Origin: a virus
Taxonomy: Duplodnaviria > Caudoviricetes
Strand: one strand, 5' to 3'
Virus record (IMG/VR): IMGVR_UViG_2974730439_000001
Location: 1-64,000 of that record
Length of the DNA stretch: 64,000 bases
Below are positions 43,418-52,723 of the stretch, piece by piece. Under the pieces are notes generated by a model. That model saw only the letters and a program-made list of their open reading frames with translations, searched no databases and was not told the origin of the DNA. The position numbers and the translations under genes are program-made. Within the stretch, counting starts at the first letter, position 1, and each line of letters begins with the position of its first letter.

Positions 43418-43599
43418 ATAAAATTGAAATCATTCCTTGGGTTAAGTTTAATGATCCAGGAGTAAAACAAGAAATCGAAAAACTTGCAGAAAAGTCTACA
43501 TCTAAAATGGATTTTCTTTCAAGAGTAAAAGATCAGTATAATTTATCATTATCTGATGCTAAAATTGTTGCAGACAAATTCTTTAAAAAGGAGGTATAA
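43414..43599 (+). CDS. Hypothetical protein
   Basis: 61-aa ORF. Confidence 0.6.
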   Translation: MNKIEIIPWVKFNDPGVKQEIEKLAEKSTSKMDFLSRVKDQYNLSLSDAKIVADKFFKKEV

Positions 43600-44058
43600 A
43601 TGTTAGAACTTAAAAGAGCTGGCTTATATATAGCCAATGGAAAAAACACAAGTGTTTTAGTAAGAGTTGCTGGTGAATATCCTTATTTACGAGTAATTAG
43701 TGGCGTTCTATTGAACGATATGGAAAAAGACGGCACAGTTACTGTCTTAAAAGAAGATGATCCTGAATTGCAGGATATAGTATGTAATCCAAAGAACTAT
43801 ATCTTTGATCTTCCATCTGTAAGTAGTTCTATTAAGAATGAAAATGGATTAAAGACTACTGAAAAGAAGTCTATCGAGTTTACAAATGAGCAATTCGATG
43901 AATGGGTTAATAAATATATTAACTTTACTAAAATGTACCCAGAACAGTACAATGTCAAAGCTCAAGTAATGATTATCAGTGCAGGATTTAGCATATCTCA
44001 AGCTGATCTTATCATTCAACAAATTCAAACAAGACTTCGTTTACGTGGTATTATGTAA
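43600..44058 (+). CDS. Hypothetical protein
   Basis: 152-aa ORF. Confidence 0.7.
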   Translation: MLELKRAGLYIANGKNTSVLVRVAGEYPYLRVISGVLLNDMEKDGTVTVLKEDDPELQDIVCNPKNYIFDLPSVSSSIKNENGLKTTEKKSIEFTNEQFDEWVNKYINFTKMYPEQYNVKAQVMIISAGFSISQADLIIQQIQTRLRLRGIM

Positions 44059-44064
44059 AGTATT

Positions 44065-44547
44065 ATGAAAGCATTTGAGTATTTACAAAAAAATATTAAG
44101 AAAGAATATTCTTTCTATCCTGGTACAATTATATCTTTAACTACTAAAGATGCAATTACTCCATTTAGACTTAACGAAAAGGAGTATTGTACTGGAAGAA
44201 CTAAGATAGGTAATCAGTATTATAATTTCCTAAAAGATGAATCTAGTGATGGTGCAATCTTTAGTGGATTACCTGATAATATCTATAAAAGAATAGAATA
44301 TCCTATACTTAATACAATAGCACAAAGAATCCAAGACAAGATTATGGTATTTGCTGTTAGTCATGCAGAGATGCAACAAACTAAAACTGAGTTAGTTCAG
44401 TTAAGAATAGCAAATAGTATGATTATGAATCTCAAATGTCTTAGTTCAGATGATAGAATTCTCTGGGCTAATTGGATAAAAGAACTTTACTGGGAGAGAA
44501 AAAAGATACTACACAGATGGTATCTAGAATATGTTTTACCATTTTAA
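44065..44547 (+). CDS. Hypothetical protein
   Basis: 160-aa ORF ending LPF. Confidence 0.7.
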   Translation: MKAFEYLQKNIKKEYSFYPGTIISLTTKDAITPFRLNEKEYCTGRTKIGNQYYNFLKDESSDGAIFSGLPDNIYKRIEYPILNTIAQRIQDKIMVFAVSHAEMQQTKTELVQLRIANSMIMNLKCLSSDDRILWANWIKELYWERKKILHRWYLEYVLPF

Positions 44548-44606
44548 TTACTGAATAAGGATTAAAGTCATTGGGTTGGCTTTAGTCCACTAAAATCTAG
44601 CGAACT

Positions 44607-45155
44607 ATGAAAGAAGAAGAAAAGCTTCTTGTAGAGCAAGCTAGAGATGGTTCCGAAAGAGCTTTTAGTACACTTTATAATACTTATAAAAAGACTGTTT
44701 GGTATACTGCTTTTAAAGTAGTAAACAACGCAGATGCAGCAGATGATATAACATCCCAAGTATTTACTAAAGTATATTTAAAGCTTAAATCTTATACACA
44801 TCACTTATCATTTGAGATGTGGTTAAAGACTATTACAGTTAATACTGCAATAGATTATATAAGAAGGAACAAAAAAGAGCAATTGAATAACTATATTGAT
44901 GAAGAAGATTCTACAATTCAATTAAATGGATTAGAGCATAGTCCAGAAGATAATCTTATATTTCAGCAAAATATAAATATTGTTATGGATTGTATTCCTC
45001 GTCTTAAGAAGAAATATAGAGATTTAATTTATGCTCGGTTGGATGGAAAATCCTACCAACAAATTTCAGAAGAGCTTGCTATTCCAGAAGCGACTGTAAA
45101 GACGTGTTTGAATAAAGCAAGACAAAGACTGAGAGAGATGTTTAACAAATATTAA
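44607..45155 (+). CDS. ECF-type RNA polymerase sigma factor
   Basis: G...AFSTLY, ADDITSQVFTK, SFEMWLKTITVNTAIDYIR (region 2); SYQQISEELAIPEATVKTCLNKARQRL (region 4). Confidence 0.92.
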   Translation: MKEEEKLLVEQARDGSERAFSTLYNTYKKTVWYTAFKVVNNADAADDITSQVFTKVYLKLKSYTHHLSFEMWLKTITVNTAIDYIRRNKKEQLNNYIDEEDSTIQLNGLEHSPEDNLIFQQNINIVMDCIPRLKKKYRDLIYARLDGKSYQQISEELAIPEATVKTCLNKARQRLREMFNKY

Positions 45156-45171
45156 CCAATACTTACAAATT

Positions 45172-45537
45172 ATGGCAAATTCATTTGGTCTACTGTGTCT
45201 TGCAGTAGTAATTGGATTCATTGCTTCTATAGTAATGAAGGATGCCAAAGCTTTCGGCAAATTGATGGCCATCATGCTGATAAGCTTACTTGTAGGTGCA
45301 GGAGTAAAGGAGTTAGTAGACATTACTAATGATGATATTACTTCTGAGAAAACTGCAGTAGTTTCTACAGAATCTACTCCCATGCACAGTAGTATTTCTC
45401 CTTTTGTATTGGAGGATACTGTTGCTATTCCAGATTGTGCAAGTAAGGAAATAGTAGAGCGTGACAGTGTAGAAATTGAAGCAGAAGGAGTACCTACAAA
45501 ACAGAGAGTGAAAAGTAGTTATATAGATGATTCATGA
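45172..45537 (+). CDS. Two-TM membrane protein after sigma (anti-sigma candidate)
   Basis: Two hydrophobic helices plus acidic tail; role inferred from position only. Confidence 0.55.
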   Translation: MANSFGLLCLAVVIGFIASIVMKDAKAFGKLMAIMLISLLVGAGVKELVDITNDDITSEKTAVVSTESTPMHSSISPFVLEDTVAIPDCASKEIVERDSVEIEAEGVPTKQRVKSSYIDDS

Positions 45538-45619
45538 GAGTATATTACTCTCAATATTATTTATATATATCTACAAGTATTTAATCTAATTTACGCGTAA
45601 GGAGCGCATCATTATCAAA

Positions 45620-47002
45620 ATGGCAAAGAATAATAAGAATGCAATTAAAACTGCAAAGAAACAAACTAAGACTGTAGAGGAAAAAGTAAAGACTCAAGCA
45701 GCAGAAGCTGCAGTTGAAGCGCCAAAAGCAGAAGAAACTAAGGTTGAAGAAACCAAAGTTGAAGAACCTACTCCTGCTCCTGTAGAAGAGAAAAAGGAAG
45801 AAATTGCTAGTCCAAATGGAGAAGTAATTAATCCAGAAGTAGTCGAAGAGGCCAAGGTTGAAAAGCCTAAACCTGCTACTCAGGTAGTAAATACGTCAAA
45901 AGCAACATCTTTAGGTGCTGCACTTTCTTCAGCTGGAGGTTCTACAGACCGTATTGACAAGAATCATGCAATTGACCTTGCAAAGATGGTATATCAGGAG
46001 TATGTAAATAATCCAGATACTCCTAGTAGCATTCGACAGACTGCTAAAAAGCAGTTTGATGTAATGACTGGAGTTGCTTTGCTTCAGTATTTTACTCAGC
46101 TAGAAGAAGACTTCGAGAATCTAGGAGTGCGCATTAAACCACATATGCGTGAACAAGCAGAAAATGTTCTTACAAACTATCTTGGAGTTAAAGTAAAGAC
46201 TACTGCCCAGGATGATGGTCAGTTATTGCTTCAATTTGAAGAAATTCCAACTGAGACTCGTAAGACTGTTGCACAGGACAATAAGGCTAAAGAAAAACCT
46301 ATACCAGAACCAAGTCCTGAACTTCCTGAGAAAGAGAAACTAGAAGCATTACGAACAATTTTCGCTCAAACTAATAAGGGTGGAATTGGAGGTAATCTCT
46401 TGAGTGGTATTGAATGGGCACGTAAAGCATTCTCATTCGCTGCTGAAGAGAAGAAGTCTGTTATCTTTGCAAATATCCTTCACAAGGGTACTGAAGCTAC
46501 TATGATTAACTGCTTACGTGGTATGGTTAATGGTAAGATGGGAGCTGAACATAGTATTCTTGGAGCTCATGCATTATTGAAAGCTTGGTGTCCTACATTA
46601 AGTGAACAAGAAGTTGCAGAACTAACTGCAGTACTTATGTCTGCTGCTTCTAAGAAGAAAGTTGACGATTGGAATGAGAAAGCCAGTCCATCACAAGGAA
46701 AGCCGACTTATGACGGAGAACTTACAGTAGTAAATCGCCAGATTTTAGCAGCAAATGCAGGAAACGTAATTGATGCTATCTTAAAGGGTAACATTGAGGA
46801 CGTTGCTGTAAAGGTTCCAGACAGTCAGCTTGACATGATTGTTCATCCAAATTCTATCCGTAAAACGCTTATAGCAGCATATGGAGATTCTGAAAATATC
46901 CTAAAGGATAAACTAAAAGAACTTGTTCAGTATTATGCTAAACCTATTATGCGTTTGTCTTCATATGTAGACAAGTCAGCATATGCTGAAGCTAAGAAGT
47001 AA
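45620..47002 (+). CDS. Hypothetical protein, 460 aa, low-complexity E/K/A/P N-terminus
   Basis: Long ORF with highly-expressed codon style. Confidence 0.8.
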   Translation: MAKNNKNAIKTAKKQTKTVEEKVKTQAAEAAVEAPKAEETKVEETKVEEPTPAPVEEKKEEIASPNGEVINPEVVEEAKVEKPKPATQVVNTSKATSLGAALSSAGGSTDRIDKNHAIDLAKMVYQEYVNNPDTPSSIRQTAKKQFDVMTGVALLQYFTQLEEDFENLGVRIKPHMREQAENVLTNYLGVKVKTTAQDDGQLLLQFEEIPTETRKTVAQDNKAKEKPIPEPSPELPEKEKLEALRTIFAQTNKGGIGGNLLSGIEWARKAFSFAAEEKKSVIFANILHKGTEATMINCLRGMVNGKMGAEHSILGAHALLKAWCPTLSEQEVAELTAVLMSAASKKKVDDWNEKASPSQGKPTYDGELTVVNRQILAANAGNVIDAILKGNIEDVAVKVPDSQLDMIVHPNSIRKTLIAAYGDSENILKDKLKELVQYYAKPIMRLSSYVDKSAYAEAKK

Positions 47003-47007
47003 TCAAT

Positions 47008-47391
47008 ATGAAGCGTTTTAATATGTTAGTCACACTAGTAATGGTGTGCCTAGGAGGGTTTATAGGATTTGATCCTAATTCTCCGTCTCAAACTGCAAAC
47101 GCTGAAGAAACTCGAATTCGTTGGGTAGACGTACCTAAAATGCCAGTAGACGTACTAGGCTTGAATGAAGAGAAATCTATCAACATTGACTTGCAGGAAA
47201 AGACTGTATTATTTAATGGAGACGTTGATAATACCACTGTGACAATTAAAACGGACGTTGAGACACGTCCAGAGTATATAACTAAGGTAGTAGAAAAGGT
47301 AGTATATCTGCCTGAAGATATTGCCTATAGAAGTAAATTTTTTAACCGTTTAAAACCGATTAATAAAGAACTACCAGTGAAGAATTGGTAA
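47008..47391 (+). CDS. Signal-peptide/membrane-anchored protein
   Basis: MKR plus hydrophobic N-terminus. Confidence 0.7.
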   Translation: MKRFNMLVTLVMVCLGGFIGFDPNSPSQTANAEETRIRWVDVPKMPVDVLGLNEEKSINIDLQEKTVLFNGDVDNTTVTIKTDVETRPEYITKVVEKVVYLPEDIAYRSKFFNRLKPINKELPVKNW

Positions 47392-49587
47392 CTGCCGAAG
47401 AGAAACGCAGACCGCTACTAGAACTATACAAGCGGTATATAAGAGCTATAAGTATAAATATTCATTATTTGAGCCTAACTAAGCCGTGTAATGTGAGTAA
47501 TACAGGATACTGAAATGTATTAAATAAAAGCTAACACTTTTATTTATACTATAGTATGATAACTTGTTGTGTTATAAAATTACTCTATAACTGAAGAAGC
47601 AACAGGAAAATGGGAGAGCGTGCATAACCCATAAGCGAGAACCGTACTGGTGGCTAAAAGACGCAGGTGTGGAAGGAGCAGCTATCGCATCTAAACAAAG
47701 CAAGGGGTATCGTTTACCTCTATACACATTCGTTGACCAATATCACTGGTGAAATCACGAAGGAATGTGAACACGTGCTGTTTATACGTTGTCATCTTAA
47801 CTGAGAATCGACTAGCATTCTAGGGTGTCTCCAAAACCCCCTTGGCCCACTACTTAAGTGTGTACGAGCCTAAAGAATATTGCCTTAGTGTTCTATATTA
47901 TATCTAAAGATCTTCTGTTGTATAGAAGTGTAAAATTCAATTGGGAATCGGGAAAATCGATGGCAAGATTAGTACTTGGATATGGTATATATGAAGGAGG
48001 AGGATAATATAATAATGAGCAGAAATTAATTAAGACATGGCTGAGTGGCTATGATCCGTATAATATCTTTTTGTATGAGAGTTATATGACAGATTAACCA
48101 GATTGGGTGCAAAACCCTTACGCAATACAGTGAACGTTAGAGTTAGCTGTTTGGGAGAAATCCCTATGGAAAGTAAATTGCGTGTCTTACAGCTTAAGAG
48201 ATTTCATAATATAGTTGCAATTACTATAGTGTTTAGAAATAAGCATAATGAGGTTTAGGTTATTATATTATAAAGTGACTTGTTAGTAATGTCACTATAA
48301 AGCTTAGTGTGCTTTGCACCGAGTAATAAACTAACTAGCGCTTGAAGTCCGCGAAAAGACTATTAGTGGTTGAATATATGATCAATATAAGTATATTCAT
48401 GGGAAACAAAGGAAGGTGGAACTGAGCCCACCCATAAAACTCAGACAAAGTAAGTGAGGTATCTTTAACCAAGATTCGCTAGAAATAATTAGGTAAGAGC
48501 TATGCACTCCAGCATAGAGCAGGATCTTACAATGCGTCTTAAGAGGCCGACACGAAGTAGAATGGAAGTAATCTACGTATTGCCTTGGTTAGTTAATGTT
48601 ATATAAGATGTTATGTACTTTAGTAAGTCTAATCAATGAGTGCCTACGCTGAAACGAACAGCTAAAACAAATAAGGAGAGTGTAAACATGTTTAATTTTT
48701 AAAACAATAGGGAAGTTCAATGGTAGTACCTTGACAAAGTATGAGCCACCCCGCTATTGAAGTAACTTGCTACATGAAATTCTGTAAACTAATGTGCGCA
48801 ACACATTAGCTAAGGAGATCGCTGAGACGGCTGGTACGCTTCTCATTAGAGTGTACTAAAACGTTTGTTGAATGGTTGGAAATACCATGAGTAGAAAATA
48901 GTAACCTGAGATTTATCGCAATGTCAGAAGTGAAATGTCCAAAAGTGGGTGCTGCGAAACATCAGCAGCTTTTGTATTAGTAGTTTTAGTAACGTTTCTC
49001 AACAGAAACGACCCTCATTCGCCAAGTCTATTTTTAAGATAAGAATGTTGTAATAGCTTATATGCCCGTAGATAGTATCGTACTATTGATGATGGAGCTC
49101 TCTACATCTTTGCATCAAATCGCGTTGTAGAGTACGGCAAACAAAGGGAAACGGTAGGTGTTACGAGTCCCCTTTAAGTATAATCTCGAAACCCAAAATT
49201 GCCAATATTAACAGATATTAGCAGAAAATATTATATTTTAGAGGAGTAGGAATAAATAAGTGAAGAACGGCTGACTTATCTGTCTAATAAGTAAAGTCCT
49301 ACGGGGAATGCCGAGTAGTGAAATATCACTACGTTCTAGTAATGAGTTTTATTATACTTTGACTTATTTTACAGTATTAACAAATTTTATCAGAATTTTA
49401 ACTAACGTTGTATTACCATATGCATCATTGAGATTGATTAACCTCATTCAAAGCTTTTTAAAGCGTATCCTTTAGGTACAGGATAAGGTTAGAATAAAAG
49501 GTAATACATTAATTTTTAATTTTATTTATTAACTGATTAATTTCTCGTTAAAGAAATCAATCTTAAAATCAAAAAGGAGAAATAAAT
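47392..49587. ncRNA. Candidate large structured non-coding RNA locus (about 2.2 kb)
   Basis: No ORF of 60 aa or more lies within it in the six-frame track; visibly less AT-rich; many short hairpins. Confidence 0.45.
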
Positions 49588-50154
49588 ATGAACGAAATGA
49601 ATGCAGTGATCAATCCTGAATTGATCGGTAAAAACAGAGCTATTCTTGAATCTTGGAACTTAATTGGTAAAAAGATTTTCGTTGTTCGGCGGGAGCCAGC
49701 AGATCTTATGTTCAATGACCGTAAACGGGACGGCGATCCAACTTTGACAATGAAACCAATCATGAAGTACATTATTGAAGGTACTAATATCTTCGGTGTG
49801 CGGTTAGTTCCACTTCCTGATAAGACTACTCTTGTAGTGGAGTTAAACAACAATCCAACTCTGCAGTTTAAGATTGGACCTGCTAAATTCCGTGAAGTTA
49901 CTATGGAAACTATCACAGAAGCAGTAGAAAACAATGAGAAGAATTCTTCTCTTGGACGGGAACCGATTTTGTTTGATGATTTGATCTCTCTTACTGAGCA
50001 GGTTAACAAGTTGAATGCTCTGGAGAAAGCAAAAGCTGAGGCTATTGCAGAAGATATGCTTAACCAGGCTAAGTTGTTAAGCGACCTTAATGACATTCAT
50101 TTGACGGAGTGTGATAAGTATTATACTGAACTTGGCACTCCTATTACGAAATAA
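49588..50154 (+). CDS. Hypothetical protein
   Basis: 188-aa ORF. Confidence 0.75.
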   Translation: MNEMNAVINPELIGKNRAILESWNLIGKKIFVVRREPADLMFNDRKRDGDPTLTMKPIMKYIIEGTNIFGVRLVPLPDKTTLVVELNNNPTLQFKIGPAKFREVTMETITEAVENNEKNSSLGREPILFDDLISLTEQVNKLNALEKAKAEAIAEDMLNQAKLLSDLNDIHLTECDKYYTELGTPITK

Positions 50155-50162
50155 TTTGAGCT

Positions 50163-50696
50163 ATGTCAAAAGTAAGACTAATCTCCAAATCTCGAGAAGA
50201 CTTACTAAAGCTTTTATTAAAAGATAATCGTATTAGTAGCATTGTTCTTTTGAATAATGAGATTCCAGAATCAATTGTTATCAATGACGATGGGTCGGTA
50301 ACATTTGGTAGAACACCAAAACATTGGTGGAATAAAATTTTTCGAGATTACACAACCCTGTCCTTTACAGATTTGTGTTTTAAAATGCTTAATGCATTTT
50401 CACGGTATTTACCAAAAGATAGTAATTTACCACGAATTCTGACAGAAGAAATCATTACTAATGCTATTAATAAGCAACAGTATGATTTTGTTATTGATCG
50501 ATTTGTTATGTATGCTTTTCTAGGTGTAACAGAAGGTGACTACAAATTGAGTATCCTACAGCTGATAGATGAGAACCCGCAGCAACAGCAAAAAAATGAT
50601 TGTGGTCGAAAAAAACGTTTCCGGGGTGAAGGTATTGCATATCTTGATCTTGGAGGAGGACAAATTCCAATTGGAGTACGTCTAGAAGAAGATTAA
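50163..50696 (+). CDS. Hypothetical protein
   Basis: 177-aa ORF. Confidence 0.75.
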   Translation: MSKVRLISKSREDLLKLLLKDNRISSIVLLNNEIPESIVINDDGSVTFGRTPKHWWNKIFRDYTTLSFTDLCFKMLNAFSRYLPKDSNLPRILTEEIITNAINKQQYDFVIDRFVMYAFLGVTEGDYKLSILQLIDENPQQQQKNDCGRKKRFRGEGIAYLDLGGGQIPIGVRLEED

Positions 50697-50903
50697 TTAT
50701 TCATGAATAAGTATTAGCAGATGGACGCTTATTCATACTTTGGATTGAATAGATTTGTTTAATAAAGTAGTACAAAGTATAACTGAGTTAGTAGATTAGA
50801 TGTAAATATCTACTTACTATAGTTATATAGAGAATGAAAACGTTAAACATTTATATATAAAACCGTAGAGCCCAAGACGATGGGTCGGGTATCTTGGTTT
50901 TAT

Positions 50904-50989
50904 GGCCTTGTGGCGAAATTGGTAAACGCGTCGGACTTAAAATCCGATGATCAGAAATGGTCTTGAGGGTTCGATTCCCTCCTTGGCTA
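50904..50989 (+). tRNA. tRNA-Leu (TAA), acceptor stem with two U.U mismatches
   Basis: TCGGA-CTTAAAA-TCCGA arm, GAGGG-TTCGATT-CCCTC; acceptor GGCCTTG/CTTGGCT. Confidence 0.8.
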
Positions 50990-51056
50990 CACAGGTAAGC
51001 GATTTCTAATATACGATATTTAAATCAAGTATTAACTAAAATAATATCAACTATAT

Positions 51057-51578
51057 ATGAAATCAATTACAAAAACTATTAAGCCGAACATGTTAATCGA
51101 TAAGCGTGATAAATTAACTAATGAAATTTCTCGTTATTGGAAAATTATAGCAACAGAAAATGTACTTAAAAAAGGTTTAACACGCAATTATGACCTAAAA
51201 TCTCTATTAATTCATATTAGAGCAACATATGATGAATTAGTAATTGTTAAATTACGTATTCAGTGTGCAAATATGGGTATTAAGTTAAAGGATTTATCTA
51301 GTGATGCAAACATTATTAATATCTATAAACTATCTGCTTTAAATGAGTATATGGTTAAGTTAGATGAAATGATGAAACATCATACAATTAATCCTGTACT
51401 TAAGGCTAAACGAGGGAAAAAAGGTTTAGCAGTAAATGAGGAACTTACGTATAACTATTTACGTGCTAAGAAGAATGAATGTTCGTTACCATTAAATGAA
51501 TTACGAAAGAAAATTGCAGAATTTAATGACAATACTGATTTGAATGAGGAAGAAACTCCTTTATTCTTAGCAGCATAA
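51057..51578 (+). CDS. Helical hypothetical protein
   Basis: 173-aa ORF ending LAA. Confidence 0.75.
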   Translation: MKSITKTIKPNMLIDKRDKLTNEISRYWKIIATENVLKKGLTRNYDLKSLLIHIRATYDELVIVKLRIQCANMGIKLKDLSSDANIINIYKLSALNEYMVKLDEMMKHHTINPVLKAKRGKKGLAVNEELTYNYLRAKKNECSLPLNELRKKIAEFNDNTDLNEEETPLFLAA

Positions 51579-51724
51579 AAAATCATATTTTTTAAAATTT
51601 AAAAAAAAAATAATAAAGTAATCTTAAAGGGATAGATAAGTAACAATCGACGGTAATACGCCGAATGTGAGGTGTGTCGGAGGCATCTATTCCTTATTTT
51701 TTAATCTTTAAAAACAATAACATT

Positions 51725-52399
51725 ATGAATAAGACTGATCAACAGAAAAATAATAAGTATATCAATTACTGGACAGAAAATGGTAAATCTTCTAAAGAAA
51801 TTAATAGAGCGATGAAGATTGCAATTACAACTACTTATAAGGATAGTAAAGGAAATTTACGTACTTGTACAACATACCGTCATCCTAAATTAAGTGATTT
51901 AACGTTTGAATCTTTACCAGCAAAAAGTTTTGCTCTTACAAAGGAGCAAAAAGAGGAAAGATTCAATAATGCTAAATATAGTGATAAACATGATAAGTTA
52001 GTATCTAACCTATATGGAAAGATAAATAATATCTTTAAGAAGCAAGCAGAAAAAGCAGCACATGAGGATAAAATTAACAATATTATGTTTAACAAAAAAG
52101 TACGTACTTTAGTAAGTAAGCAGAGAATTAAAGGTGAATATCCTAATTTGCTTATTATACAGAGAAAGAACAGTAAAGGTTTACCATATGATTTTAGTAT
52201 AAATCCATCTCGTAAAACATTAGAAGAACTCCGTAAAGACGGAGAAGAGCTAAATGATACATTTAGTAAAACTATGCGAGATTATTGTGGTATCGAAATT
52301 TGGGAAAAGTCTCGATATGAACTAAAAGGAACCGATGTTCCAACGAATTATCGTTATTGTATCTTTAAAAATAAAGAAACTATTAAAAGTGCAGCATAA
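51725..52399 (+). CDS. Basic hypothetical protein
   Basis: Likely start ATG 51725. Confidence 0.7.
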   Translation: MNKTDQQKNNKYINYWTENGKSSKEINRAMKIAITTTYKDSKGNLRTCTTYRHPKLSDLTFESLPAKSFALTKEQKEERFNNAKYSDKHDKLVSNLYGKINNIFKKQAEKAAHEDKINNIMFNKKVRTLVSKQRIKGEYPNLLIIQRKNSKGLPYDFSINPSRKTLEELRKDGEELNDTFSKTMRDYCGIEIWEKSRYELKGTDVPTNYRYCIFKNKETIKSAA

Positions 52400-52623
52400 T
52401 GAGAAAAATTGATAAATTAGATGTTATACATATCAAAAAGAAAGCTGATACGTATATTAAAAAGAACACTGAAATTAGAGAAGGACAAGCTCTGTTTTGC
52501 GCTTCTTATGATTTGTTCCCTAAATCAACAGATAAATTATCTGGAACACCATGTGATTGTTTTTATGAAGATAGCAGAATACCTATCTTTTTAGAAGAAT
52601 TACAAAAATTAGACGCTGAATAG
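52399..52623 (+). CDS. Small phage protein (REGQALF...DCFYED), ends at TAG
   Basis: 74-aa ORF, TAATG coupling. Confidence 0.7.
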   Translation: MRKIDKLDVIHIKKKADTYIKKNTEIREGQALFCASYDLFPKSTDKLSGTPCDCFYEDSRIPIFLEELQKLDAE

Positions 52624-52630
52624 CGTCTTC

Positions 52631-52704
52631 GGTCCTATAGCTCAATTGGATAGAGCAACAGACTTCTAATCTGTAGGTTTTGCGTTCGAGTCGCAATAGG
52701 ATCA
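52631..52704 (+). tRNA. tRNA-Arg (TCT)
   Basis: GGTCCTA/TAGGATC acceptor, ACAGA-CTTCTAA-TCTGT arm, TTGCG-TTCGAGT-CGCAA. Confidence 0.93.
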
Positions 52705-52723
52705 CTAACTAAACTTTAATGAT

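Noticed and set aside
47585-47630. Hammerhead core CTGAAGA
   Set aside because: No stem II/GAAA/stem III arrangement found
47392-49587. DGR template repeat, group II intron or CRISPR array in the long non-coding region
   Set aside because: No match to the VR sequence, no domain V motif and no periodic repeats seen
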